Positions 24,430 through 37,395 of a DNA stretch of 64,000 nt are shown here, piece after piece. Origin of the DNA: Squalus acanthias (taxonomy: Eukaryota); contig CM059433.1 in the NCBI GenBank assembly GCA_030390025.1, positions 2,976,001 to 3,040,000 on the forward strand, written 5' to 3'. A program made the translations under genes and the position numbers. A model generated the notes under the pieces. It worked only from the letters and a program-made list of their open reading frames with translations, made no database searches and had not been told where the DNA came from. The first letter of the stretch is position 1. The number at the start of each line of letters is the position of its first letter.

Positions 24430-25860
24430 AGTGATGAGATGGAGCCAGGGTTTTCTCCCCAGCAATGTCAAAGCCCAGCCCTTCTTGAATGGTGGAGTTG
24501 TGAAGGGCAGAGCAGGCTATAACTATTTGTGACAAATGATCTGGAATATACTGCAGAGCCACTCTCGACATGTTCAGGCCGTGAAAGTGCGCCTTCAAGA
24601 CTATGATCGTCCTCTTGATGACTAATCTTGTAGAGGCATTTGCCTTGTTGTAGTGCTGCTCTGCTGCTATTCAGGCCACCTTAGTGGGGTCATTATCCAC
24701 GGGGGCACGGGGTTGACTTTGTTATCCAGAAACCATCTGTTGAAGTAATTTTCTTACCTGAAGAGGTCAGGTAGGGCCAAATTGCAAAGGATAAAGGCAT
24801 TGTGACAACTTTCAGCATAGCAGGTGTTGACATTTAGGAACCTCTGAATGTTGCCACACACAATATGTACATTGAGCGAATAGAAGTCCTTTCTGTTTGT
24901 GTTTCCATTTGTGTAGGTAATCAGAAAAAATCCCAGAGTTACCAGGTTTCTGTCTCCTCGGGCAGATATCAGACTTATGCCGTCTCCCAACCCAAGAATT
25001 TCAGGGTCTAAATGTCAGCTAATGAGGTTTCATCCTCTCAAATTTGTAACATTGTACATCCTTTACTGGGGTTTTAAAGGCTACAAAGAAGCATTACAAA
25101 CAATGGGGGTAAAATTCACCTTCGACGGAGATGCAAAAGGGGCAGTAATGGATCGGCATCCGTTATCCATCCCGTCTGATAATCCTTTCCATTTTGTAGC
25201 CCCACCGAAGCTGAATTTTATTCCACATGTTTCGTAAAGGTAACTCATAACTCTGAAGAATCAGCTGTCCAACCTATTATCATGCTGGAATTTGTGGGGA
25301 ACCCACCATTCCCTTAAAACATGATGGTTGTGTGCACTCACTGGAAACCATGCATTCACGTCTATAATTTTTAGTCGTCGCCCCACACCGTTTGGAGATC
25401 ATGAAGCAGTTTCATTAGCTGTTGATGAATGCCATGAGATGTCGCTCGGGTACTTGAATGGCCGTACAGGTGCATCCAAAGGCATCCTTGCAATGCCACA
25501 GTTTTCAAACATGCCTGCTGACAAAGGACATCTGCGACCTGGGTAGGACACTGTGGCAAATGTTTGACTGCCATCGTAAGTTTCACTACTACTGACAGTA
25601 TGGTGTGGCCGTTTTTATTTGGCAGTGGATCTGGTAACAGCAAATGGCACAAATCACCTACGGCTTCTCTGGGGAGGTGCAGCCATCCCCAGCATTGCTC
25701 CTTTGTAAGGCTGAGGTAGATTTGCTGCCATTGGTGGTAGTGAACTTTGGTGGCCGTCTTCCTGTGGGTCTGGACCTCCCTGGTGCTTCTCTGTTGCTCT
25801 TCCTTCTCCAACATGTCCAGTAAAGTAATCTTGTTGATGCAATCATGTCGCCATGTGGAC
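24430..25860 (-). pseudogene. Harbinger transposase relic with a small MITE inside
   Basis: LCHLLLPD..VKLTMA, NRKDFYSLNVHIVC and EQHYNKANASTRLVIKRTIIVLK segments in the expected order. Confidence 0.8.
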
Positions 25861-27715
25861 TGAAATGGCTGTTTCACTCTTTATAATATTCCCTGCTTTT
25901 CTCCAATTCTGAACCTCAGCTGATTCTCCTCATGGAGATAACAGTTGACATGATTAATGTGTTGTGGACTGGAAGACAAGCACGTGCAGAGTTCCGCACT
26001 TTCCATTAATTGGAACATAGGAACAGGAGTAGCTCATCTAGCCCCCCGAGCCTGTTCCACAGGCTTGGTGCTTCAAAAGCTTTACCAACCAAAAAAATAC
26101 TAGCGTCAGATCTCGGTGTTAACCTGCATTAAACTGGTTGGGTCCCAGGAGGAATTTTTGGAATACGGGCAAAAAATGCAGTAATGCTCTGTTAACGCAC
26201 CAAATTACAACACATTAATGCACACTTAGCGTGTGCATTCGCTCTGACGCACAGAGTCATCTCAACCCGGCATCGGCACACTGACAACCTGAATGTGCTC
26301 ATTTGTTCCTGGTACAACCCTCATGCATTTTGTACTCCACATTAAATGTGCCCGAATCTCTCATGAATCTTCCCTTGGTGCGGTGATGTGTCCAGAATTC
26401 TATCCATTACTGAAACTATTCTTTCATGTGAAATCTTCTTGTCAGTAATGAAAAATGAAATCCCTTCCTTTAATACTGGTTCCTTGTTTGCCGGATAAGT
26501 AGTTGACTGCAGCTTTCAAGTTGTTTGTTTTCTTGTTCCAACAATATAGGAATCCCTATTACAAAATGTATAAATCAGGAGGCATGAGGACAATTTGTTA
26601 AAATTTACATTTCAGAAATCTGAACTCTACCACTAAATCTCTACACATTTTATCTATTCAGTTAAGAACACATTTATTTTTTATAGAAACTGCTACAGTT
26701 CAAAATGCCCTCATCATATTTATCTTTGACAAGTGCCATTTGGTGTAAAACTGATGCATTTATATGTCTGGATGGGAAGGTTTTACTCTATTCTCCTTTT
26801 GACCATGATTGAACTTTATTCCCATTAATTTAAACAATTTGTTGCTCCTTCTTGATCATCTATAAGGTATCCCCAATATCACATTACATGGAGGGTGATG
26901 AATTCCTTTGCAGTTCATCTGAAAGGATCCAATATTCTGTAAAGTCCTGCCTGATTTTTGTGGCACCAATTTGATATTCTGTGCGATCTGATATTCTGAG
27001 GTCTTGGATTATTTTCTGTCACCAACTCAATATTTTGCAAGTAGCCAGAATATTATACCTCAAAACCTTGAGTTTCTGAGGGTCCGTGAGAGTCCGTGGG
27101 TCAATGAGATCCTATTAGCGTTCGAGGATAAATCGTGTTTTATCAGCAACATTTTGGGCTGGAACTTGCTGGAGCAGGGCCTCTCACGGCATACGACATT
27201 AGTTAGACTTTTTCCTGTGCAGCTGAAAGATGTTTGCAACCCTAGCTCGCTGGGAGTGCGAGCTGACAACAGTGTGGCTAGGGCAACGGGGCATCTGGGA
27301 CCTCAGTGAACGACGAGACCAACAGTGCATCTCCTTAACCAATGAGATTCAAGGATTGAGAAATAACAGAGGAATGTCTGAGAAGGAGGGTGAATTCGAG
27401 TCAAATCAGTTACAGAAGAGAAATAAAGAGAGGGAAAGAAAGATTGGATTAAGAGAGAGAAAAAAGAGACACAAAGGAAAAGTAAGAAAACATTTAAAAA
27501 TTTAAAATTTGACTTTTTTATATCTTCAACAACAATTCATTACCTGAAGGAATGAGACTCAACAGTTTAAATTGTTCGCTTTCTGGGCCAGAGAGGTTGA
27601 TTGGCAGTCAGTAACAATTATCACATCATTAAAAATGTACATGTGCTATTAATTACTAGACTTTACTTTCTGTGGCAAGTTTAATGGTCAATTATTTTGC
27701 AAATACAGCATACGG

Positions 27716-29645
27716 CGAACAACCTTGCTTCAATAAGGAGTGTAGAAGAGCATGCCAGGAGTAGCACCAGTCGTACCTAAAAATGAGGTGCCAATCTGGG
27801 GAAGCTGCAACACAGGACTACATGCATGCTAAACAGCGGAAGCAGCATGCTATAGACAGAGATAAGCGATCCCACAATCAACGGATCAGATCAAAGCTCT
27901 GCAGTCCTGCTACATCAGTCGTGAATGGTGGTGGACCATTAAACAACTGACGGGAGGAGGAGTCTCCATGAACATCCCCATCCTCATTGATGGCGGAGCC
28001 CAGCACGCGACTGCAAAAGACAAGGCTGAAGCGTTTGCAACCATGTTCAGCCAGAAGTGCCGTGTAGATGAATCATCTCGGCCTCCTCCTGAGGTCCCCA
28101 CCATCACAGAAGCCAGTCTTCAGCCAATTCGATTCACTCCACATGATATCAAGAAACGGCTAAGCGCACTGGATACAGCAAAGGCTGTGGGCCCCGACAA
28201 CATCCCGGCTATCGTGCTGAAGAATTGTGCTCCAGAACTAGCCGTGCCTCTAGCCAAGCTGTTGCAGTACAGCTACAACACTGGCATCTACCCAACAATG
28301 TGGAAAACTGCCCAGGTATGTCCTGTCCACAAAAAGCAGGACAAATCCAATCTGGCCAATTACCGCCCCATCAGTCTACTTTCAATCATCAGCTAAGTGA
28401 TGGAAGGTGTCATCGACAGTGCTATCAAGTGGCACTTACTCACCAATAACCTGCTCACTGATGCCCAGTTTGGGTTCCACCAGAACGACTTGGCTCCAGA
28501 CCTCATTACAGCTTGGTCCAAACATGGACCAAAGAGTTGAATTCCAGAAGTGAGGTGAGAGTGACTGCCCTTGACATCAAGGCAACATTTGATCGAGTGT
28601 GTCATCAAGGAGCCCTAGTAAAATTGAAGTCAATGGGAATCAGAGGAAAAACTCTGCACTGGCTGGAGTCATACCTAGCACAAAGGAAGATGGTTGAGGT
28701 TGTTGGAGGTCAATCATCACAGCCCGGGACATCGCTGCAGGAGTTCCTCAGGGCAGTGTCCTAGGCCCAACCATCTTCAGCTGCTTCATCAATGACCTTC
28801 CCTCCAACATAAGGTCAGAAATGGGGATGTTCGCTAATGACTGCACAGTGTTCAGTTCCATTCACAACTCCTCAGATAATGAAGCAGTCCATGTCCACAT
28901 GCAGCAAGACCTGGACGACATACAGGCTTGGGCTGATAAGTGGCAGGTAACATTCGCGCCACACAAGTGCCAGGCAATGACTATCTTCAACAGAGAACGT
29001 CTAACCACCTCCCCTTGACATTCAATGGCATTACCATCACCGAATCCCCCACCATCAACATCCTGGGGGTCACCATTGACCAGAAACTTAACTGGACCAG
29101 CCACATAAATACTGTGGTAACAAGAGCAGGTCAGAGGCTAGGTATTCTGTGGCGAGTGTCTCACCTCCTGACTCCCCAAAGCCTTTCCACCATCTACAAG
29201 GAACAAGTAATGAGTGTGATGGAATACTCTCCACTTGCCTGGATGAGTGCAGCTGCAACAACACTCAAGAAGCTCGACACCATCCAAGACAAAGCAGCCC
29301 ACTTGATTGGCACCCCATCCACCACCTTAAACATTCACTCCCTCCACCACCGGCGCACCATGGCTGCAGTGTGTACCATCTACAAGATGCACTGCAGCAA
29401 CTCGCCAAGGCTTCTTTGGCAGCACCTCCCAAACCCGCGACCTCTACCACCTAGAAGGACAAGGGCAGCAGGCGCAGGGGAACACCACCACCTCCAAGTT
29501 CCCCTCCAAGTCACACACCATCCTGACTTGGAAATATATCACTGATCCTTCACCGTCGCTGGGTCAAAATCCTGGAACTCCCTCCCTAACAGCACTGTGG
29601 GAGTACCCTCACCACACGGACTGCAGCGGTTCAAGAAGGCAGCTC
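27716..29645 (+). mobile_element. LINE of a distinct L2/CR1-group family, decayed RT region
   Basis: NYRPISLLSIIS, ALDIKATFDRV, FANDCT and ILGVTIDQKLNW. Frameshifted. Confidence 0.92.
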
Positions 29646-29749
29646 CCAGGATGTTGTTGGTGGGGGATTCGGCGATGGTAATGCCGTTGAATGTCAAGGG
29701 GCGGTGGTTAGACATTCTCTTGTTGGAGATAGTCAATGCCTGGCACTTG
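29646..29749 (-). mobile_element. Inverted fragment of the same LINE family
   Basis: Diverged reverse complement of ~28964-29066. Confidence 0.85.
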
Positions 29750-29893
29750 ACTGATGGAAGGGGTAGATGTTGTGTCAGGTTTCATGGTTTCCCTGTCAGC
29801 CTGCTGGGATTGGGATTCCAGAAGGGCACTGGAGTTCTGTGGGGGGTCTCCCAGCCTCCTGCCATAACTGTGGCAGATCAGAACCCCCACAGA

Positions 29894-30770
29894 GGCCGCA
29901 ATCTTCTCCAGGGAGACGGGTTGTGGGTGGGGGGCCTCCGAGGCGGGCGGCAAATCCGGGAGGCCGACTTTAACGGTGGGACCTGATTTGCATGTGAGGC
30001 CTCGGATTCCCGCCCGCAGCCAGCCAGAATGAGAGGCTGGCAGGCTGGAGTCAGGTAGGCCTCAGTTGCGGAAAGTGAGCGAAGGATCGGTCCAGAGGAG
30101 GGATCGCGGTGGGGGGGGGGGGAGGAGGGGGTGGCTGAGGGCCGGTCGGGGAACGGCTAGATCAGTCATTGATCGGGAGGGGAGGAGATCGGCAGGGGGT
30201 CTTGGGGGATCGGGAGGGGCGATCGGAGATCGCGGGGGGGGGGGTCGGCGAGCGGGGTTGGCCCGGGATCAGGGTGGGGGTGGGGCAGAGGATCAGGGTG
30301 TCGACGGGGCTGGGGGGGAATCGGCCAGGGTTCAGCAGGGGGGAGAGAAGATCGGGGCCGGCCTCAGCATCATCGGTGGTGTGGGGATGGAGGCCTTGTG
30401 GGGGGTTCTCCGATCACGGGGGGTGGGTGTGGCAGGAACCCTGGATCCAGGAGGTGGGTATAAAGCCACTTACCTCCTGGATGCAGCAATCCCCGTCTCG
30501 GATTACCTGCCGGGTTTCATAAACTGTGTAAAACCCGTCCACAGGCAGTTAAACACAAAATGGAAGGAAAAAAAGAGGCTTCCAGCCTCATTATAATATT
30601 TAAATTGAGGTAACGCCCCCTGGCAGCGGGTTGGTCGCTCCTCCATTAAAACCGGGAGTGAGCGGGTTGGAGGCGGGATCAGGTCGGGAATCCCATTTTT
30701 AACACTTTCACTGCCCCCCCCCCCCCCCCCGCTCCAAACCCACCCGTTTTTTCTGGGGGAAATTCCGGCC
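29894..30770. mobile_element. Harbinger-type MITE with G-rich interior
   Basis: Imperfect TIR GGCCGCAATCTTCTCCAG / CTGGGGGAAATTCCGGCC. TSD AGA. Confidence 0.8.
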
Positions 30771-31733
30771 AGAATTCTCAAGCTGAGATCTTCATGTTCT
30801 GTGGACAGAGAGGTCACAGCGTCTGTGTCAGCCGTGCCCAGCGCTGTTCCAGAGCATGCTGAGCATGCTTTCTGGCACATCTGCAATCACTTACCCAGAG
30901 ACACTTGATGGTTTGGATCTGAGTCCTGTGGTGTGTGTACTGGCACCGTCCGTCACACCCACTTCACTTCGAAGATTCCACTGACACTCCTTCATCCACT
31001 AATTTTACAGAGATGGGAGCATGTTTACTTTTAGCAATTAGGCTGATTCCCTGATTAGCCTTTGTGGCGAAGAGTGGCCCTTGAAGGGAGTGATGGGTGG
31101 GAAACCATGGGCCCACACTCCACAGCCCCTGATTCTGCTTCTATTAATTTAAGTGGATGGAAAATCAAGGACTCTGGACCAACAATTTCCTGATCAGTGC
31201 TCCCTGCAGGTTCTACTCCCTCTGGGAGGGTCTGAATGGGAATCAGCCCGAACAAGTGCTGATTACATTGTGGGGAATAAAGTCTGGAAAGAGTTCTTAA
31301 GTCAGATAGCATGAAGGAACTGAATACAGTGTAAGATGTTTCCTTTTGGGACATCACAGGTTTAAGATTCTGACCTGAGAATTATAAGTGAGCAATTGAC
31401 ACAAACACGGATTCCGACTTAACTCAACTTTATTGAGACGTCAGAGATCAAAGGGTAAAACACAAGGGCAGAAATGAGGCTCGCCACGGGTGAGTACGCG
31501 CTGTGCACTCACCCGTGGACGGAACAAAAGTGCCGGTTTCTTGCATGCACTGCGCATGCGCAGGAAACCGGCACTTCCGTTCCCCTGAGGAAAGGGGTTC
31601 AGAGGTCGAACGCGCACGCCGGAGGGCCAGCGCGTTCGCCTCGCACTTTGTTTTTTTTTACAGGTTCCTCCGTGAGGGTAAACACGGAGAAGACACACTT
31701 TGAAAAAGGATGCGCAAGGCCTTCTTTTAACAA

Positions 31734-32807
31734 AAATGAGAAGTCACACAACACCAGGTTATAGTCCAACAGATTTATTTAAAATTACAAGCTTTCGGAG
31801 CTGTCGCTCCTTCTTCAGGTCGGGTAGCTGTGAGAGAATCTCCCAGAATTCACAATATAAACACAGAAAAAATGTATTCAAATCTTTCCCTACATCAAAG
31901 ACACACTAAGAGCACAGCCAAGACAATGAGATGTGTCCCAGGGGGTCCAACGTGTCAAAACACCTGTTGGCTGCATATCCTCTCCATTTGTGTTTGGTTC
32001 TTGTGCTAGTTTTTTTTTTAAAAACCTGGAAAGACCGGCCATGATGTCAAGTCACGTTCTGTATCGTGACATGAACCCGATATCGCGATTGAGGCCATCC
32101 TCATGAGTGCGGTACTTGGCTATCAGTTTCTGCTCTATGATTTTGCGCTGTCGTGTATCCCGAAGGCCTTCTTTTAACAAAAATGAGAAGTCGCACAACA
32201 CCAGGTTACAGTCCAACAGATTTATTTAATTTTACAAGCTTTCGGAGCTGTCGCTCCTTCCTCAGGTAAGTTAGCAGTGAGAGAATCTCCCAGAATTCAC
32301 AATTTAAACACAGACAAAATCTATTCAAATATTTCCCTACATCAAAGACACACTAAGAGTACAGCCAAGACAATGAGATGTGTCCCAGGGGGTCCAACGT
32401 GTCAAACCACCTGCTGGCTGCATATCCTGTCAATTTGTGTTGGTTCTTGTGCTAGTCTTTTTAAAAAAAAAACACCTGGGAAGACCGGCCATGATGTCAA
32501 GTCACGATCTGTATCGTGACATGAACCCGATATCGCGATTGAGGCCATCCTCATGAGTGCGGAACTTGGCTATCAGTTTCTGCTCTATGATTTTGCGCTG
32601 TCGTGTATCCCGAAGGCCGCCCTGGAGAACGCTTACCCGCAGATCCGAGGCTGAATGCCCCTGGCTGCTGAAGTGTTCCCCGACTGGGAGGGAACCCTCC
32701 TGCCTGGCGATTGTTGCGCGGTGTCCGTTCATACGTTGTCTCAGTGTCTGCATGGTCTCGCCGATGTACCATGCTCTGGAGCATCCTTTACTGCAACGTA
32801 TCAGGTA
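31734..32807 (-). mobile_element. Two tandem 5'-truncated Penelope-like units (GIY-YIG C-terminus and 3' UTR)
   Basis: ORF 32502-32753 (MQTLRQRMNGHR..EQKLIAKFRTHEDGLNRD). Units at 31734-32162 and 32181-32807. Target TCTTTTAACAA present three times. Confidence 0.93.
32233..32269 (-). ncRNA. Minimal hammerhead ribozyme motif in a Penelope 3' UTR
   Basis: TTAC-CTGAGGA-A-GGAGC(GACA)GCTCC-GAAA-GC-TT-GTAA. Core, stem II and stem I (TTAC/GTAA) are intact. Confidence 0.75.
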
Positions 32808-33404
32808 TCTTTTAACAAGGTAAGTGTTGATTTTATTAAAATTTAAGCATTTTTTTCACAGATTTATCTTTTTTAATTACTTTAAAGAAAGGTAAGTTTA
32901 GTTTTAGCCCCATTAAAAAGTGTAATTAATTTTTTCAAAAATTTAAATTTTTGTTTAAAATAGTTAATTAATGTAATTTATAGTTATTTTAAAAATGTGA
33001 TGTTTTTTTAAATTTATTTGTAGTTTTAGGGATGTTTTGGGGCCGATCTGTATTCATAGATTTGACAGGTCTTCCTGTCAAATCTATGAATGAAAGATGG
33101 TCTGCTGCCATTGGCTCTCCATGGCCCACGTGATCCCAGGGGACGCATCGCACTAACTACGCCCCTGGGATACGCAAGCACTGCGCGCCGGGAGCTGGAG
33201 GAGGCCCAGGACCGGAATCCCCTGTGGGCCCAGGGGTCAATGGCAGGCGCGGTAGGTAGGTGCGCGCGCGATCCTTGCACCCGCGGGAAGCCAGGGAGGT
33301 GAATTTCTGGCCCACAATGTCAAAACTAAACTTGTTGCAATACGAAGCCCGTCACCACTCACATATGTTGCGGATAGGATATACATACGATCACCCACGG
33401 ATGG

Positions 33405-34113
33405 TCAGTTCGTGTTGATTGTAGGTTCTTGGGGACGACCGACCAAGTCACACCCCTCTTCCGACTGTAGCCCTATCCTCGTAGGCGAGATGACTGGCCA
33501 AAACCACCTCCTTTCAACTGCAGTGAAGATATCTTTTTGGTCGTTGTCTTTTATTCTTCTCAGTAACTCACTCTGCAAAGGTGCGTTCCATTCTCTGGGA
33601 GGAGTTGGTCGAGTTGGCATTCTTCCATTGTGTCCTGAGTCCACTGGCTATTGTCAGCTATTAACGTCTTTATCTCCTTATCAGACTCGAGGCCACTTCA
33701 ACAATGTCCGAGAGGGCTGCAAAGTTTGCAGAGGTGATCAGCAACACAATATGCATTGTGCAGAGGTCATTGACTTGTGTTCTGTCTTGAAGGCCTCCTT
33801 TCAGGATGTCTTGATTGTAGCTTCGTAACACCTCATTTTCTACTTCCTTATCTGTAAACAGCTTGTAGCCGCAAAAGTTCAATTGTTGATTACGGAATTT
33901 GCCCAGCAACACGGCCTTCGGTCAAGCATAATGACAGCCAATCTCAAACAGCAAAAGACTTTTTTCTACAACAGTTAGAATGACCGCTCATTGAAGCATC
34001 TGGGTCAATGACGGTACCTGTATAACTTCAAATGTTAATTCAGCCCCTTTCACTTGGTAAAACTGCATAACTCCTCCCAACAAGTTTCCGATGTAATTAT
34101 TTAAAGTATAATC
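33405..34113 (-). pseudogene. Degraded coding fragment resembling a viral SF3 helicase C-terminal half (candidate EVE)
   Basis: Frame 34113-33670 reads NNYIGNLLGGVMQFYQVKGAELTFEVIQVP..GKFRNQQLNF with two TGA stops. AATAAA at 31429-31434 beyond the MITE. Confidence 0.45.
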
Positions 34114-35575
34114 TTATCACCAGTGCACTATTGTGGCAGAACTTCCACGGGGGATCCCTGATCTCCTGCCGTAACTTTGGCAGAGGATTGGCCAAAAGCC
34201 CAGGGAAATGGCGCAATTGGCTGTTTACGCCGTGGTTTCTGCGAATCTTCCACCAAAGTCGGGAGAATCCCATGGAAATTTCTAGTGAACATCTTGAGCT
34301 TTATTGTGTTATATATTAAAATGATTTAACATTTTTCCCTCTACAATTTTTTTTGTAGTTTACTCCTATTTTCTTTTCTCTTGAAGAAAGAAATTCAACA
34401 TCATGTGTTCATGGATTGTTCTATCTGGGGGGTGGGGTGGGGGAAAGGGAGCATTCGCACAACTTTACCAGACAAATGGGGCTAGAAATTAATTATAGCC
34501 AAGGAATACATAGATACATAGATACATAGAACAGTACAGCACAGTACAGGCCCTTCGGCCCTCGATGTTGTGCCGAGCATTGTCCGAGACCAAGATCAAG
34601 CTATCACACTCCCTATCACTCTGGTGTGCTCCATGTGCTTATCCAATAACCGCTTGAAAGTTCCTAAAGTGTCCGACTCCACTATCACAGCAGGCAGTCC
34701 ATTCCACACCCCAACCACTCTCTGAGTAAAGAATCTACCTCGGATATCCCTTCTATATCTCCCCCCATGCACCTTATAGTTATGCCCCCTTGTAACAGCT
34801 GCCTCTACCCGAGGAAATAGTCTCTGAACATCCACTCTATCTATCCCCCTCATCATCTTATAAACCTCTATTAAGTCGCCTCTCATCCTCCTCCGCTCTA
34901 AAGAGAAAAGCCCCAACTCCCTCAATCTTTCCTCATAAGACCTCCCCCCCAAACCAGGCAGCATCCTGGTAAATCTCCTTTGCACTCTTTCCAATGCTTC
35001 CACGTCCTTCCTATAGTGAGGTGACCAGAACTGCACACAATATTCCAAATGTGGTCTCACCAAGGTCCTGTACAGTTGTAGCATAACCTCACGGTTCTTA
35101 AACTCAAACCCTCTGTTAATAAACACCAACACACCATAGGCCTTCTTTACTGCTCTATCCACTTGAGTGGCAACCTTCAGAGATCTGTAGATATGAACCC
35201 CCAGATCCCTCTGCTCCTCCACGTTCCTCAGAACCCTGCCGTTGACCCTGTAATCCTTATTCAAATTTGCCCTACCAAAATGAATCACCTCGCACTTATC
35301 AGGGTTAAATTCCATCTGCCATTTTTCGGCCCAGCTCTGCATCCTATCAATGTCTCTTTGCAGCCTACAACTGCCCTCCACCTCATCCACTACTCCACCA
35401 ATCTTGGTGTCATCAGCAAATTTACTGATCCACCCTTCAGTCCCCTCCTCCAAGTCATTGATAAAAATCACAAACAGCAGAGGACCCAGCACCGACCCCT
35501 GTGGCACACCGCTGGTAACTGGTCTCCAGTCCGAAAATGTTCCATCCACCACCACCCTCTGCCTTCTATGAGATA

Positions 35576-37395
35576 AAATTGAGAGGTCGCACAACACCAG
35601 GTTATAGTCCAACAGTTTTATTTGAAATCACAAGCTTTCGGAGCTATCGATTTGCTCCTTCCTCGGGTGAAGTAAATTAGATACAGAATCTCCAAAGCAT
35701 ATATAGATGGAAAACAAAGCATGTGTATTTTACAATTGCAGACCAATAAATTAAATCATCCTGACTATCTGCCGAGGTGTGATAAAGTTAATTAAGTCAG
35801 CCAGGAAGGTACCACATCAAAGACATAGCAAGATACAACTGAGACAATGAGGTGTAGTCGCAGGGGTTCTAACGTGTCAAAAGCTGCCGTCTGTATGTAA
35901 AACGAAAAGCTTTAACATTTTTTTACTTTTTTACTGGGAAATTTTTACTTTTTTACTGGGAATCACATCTGTGAACAAGCTAACGACGACTCGAGTCCGG
36001 ATCACGTCATGTATCGTGACATAAACCCAAGATCCCGATTGAGACCGTCTTCATGAGTGCGGAACTTGGCTATCAGTTTCTGCTCGATGATTTTGCGTTG
36101 TCGTGTGCTTCTAAGGTTGCCTTGGAGAACGCTTACCCGCAGATCCGAGGCTGAATGTCCTTGACTGCTGAAGTGTTCCCCGACTGGGAGGTAACAATCC
36201 TGCCTGGCGATTGTTGCGCGGTGCTCGTTCATACGTTGTCTCAGTGTCTGCATGGTCTCGCCGATGTACCATGCCGCGGTGCATTCTTTCCTGCAACGTA
36301 TGAGGTAGACAACGTTGGTCGAGTCACATGAGTATGTACCATGTACCTGGTGGGTAGTGTCCTCACGTGTGATGGTGGTATCTGTGTTGATGATCTGGCA
36401 TGTCTTGCAGAGTTTGCCATGGCAGGGTTGTGTGGTGTCGTGGTCGCTGTTATCCTGAAAGCTGGGTAATTTGCTGCGAACGATGGTACTTCTGAGGTTA
36501 GGCGGCTGTTTGAAGGCAAGTAGTGGAGGCGTGGGGATGGCCTTAGCGAGGTGTTTGTCGTCATCGATGACATGTTGAAGGCTGCGAAGAACATGGCGTA
36601 GTTTCTCCGCTCCGGGGAAGTACTGGACGACGTAGGGTACCCTGTTGGTTGTGTCCCGTGTTTGCCTTCTGAGGAGGTCTATGCGATTTTTCGCTGTGGC
36701 CCGTCGGAACTGTCGATCGATGAGTCGAGCGTCATATCCCGTTCTTACGAGGGCGTTTTTCAGCGTCCGTAGGTGTCCATCGCGTTCCTCCTCGTCTGAG
36801 CAGATCCTGTGTATTCGCAGGGCTTGTCCATAGGGGATGGCTTCTTTAACATGGTTAGGGTGGAAGCTGGAGAAGTGGAGCATCGTGAGGTTGTCCGTGG
36901 GCTTGCGGTAGAGTGAAGTGCTGAGGTGTCCGTCTTTGATGGAGATTCGTGTGTCCAGGAATGAGACTGATTCTGAGGAGTAGTCCATGGTGAGTTTGAT
37001 GGTGGGATGGAACATGTTTATGTTATCGTGTAGTCTTTTCAGTGATCCTTCGCCATGGGTCCAAAGGAAGAAAATGTCGTCGATGTATCTGGTATACAGC
37101 GTTGGCTGGAGGTCCTGTGCAGCGAAGAAGTCTTGCTCGAACTTGTGCATGAAGATGTTGGCGTATTGGGGTGCGAATTTGGTCCCCATGGCTGTTCCGT
37201 GTGTTTGGGTAAAAAAATGGTTGTCGAAGGTGAAGACATTGTGGTCAAGGATGAAGCGGATGAGTTGTAGGATGGCGTCTGGAGATTGGCTGTTGTTGAT
37301 GTTGAGTACTGAGGCTGTTGCAGCGATGTGTGGAAGTATTCCCGAGCCTCATTCTCCTGATGAATTCCTCCGTGTCTGCCGCGAGGCCGATGGGG
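35576..37395 (-). mobile_element. Penelope-like element, 5'-truncated and internally deleted
   Basis: 11-bp TSD TCTATGAGATA (35565-35575 and 37418-37428). 3' UTR shared with 31734-32807. Confidence 0.95.
36002..37328 (-). CDS. Penelope-like reverse transcriptase and GIY-YIG endonuclease (partial)
   Basis: GTAMGTKFAPQYAN, RYIDDIF, LYRKPTD, CKTC, NVVYLIRC..WYIGET and GLNRD. Open 36002-37189 in the ORF track; RT-like residues continue to ~37328. Confidence 0.92.

Larger units (their letters stand above)
31465..33313 (+). mobile_element. Harbinger-type MITE (family of 5270-6030) interrupted by Penelope
   Basis: Collinear with 5270-6030. TSD ACA. Confidence 0.92.

Noticed and set aside
30066..30596. 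176-aa Gly/Arg-rich ORF and G-quadruplex-like tracts
   Set aside because: Low-complexity G-rich interior of a TSD-flanked MITE.
34114..34131. Walker B remnant (IVHW**D) upstream of the SF3-like frame
   Set aside because: It has two stops, closer spacing than expected, and abuts a MITE, so it is not supportable.
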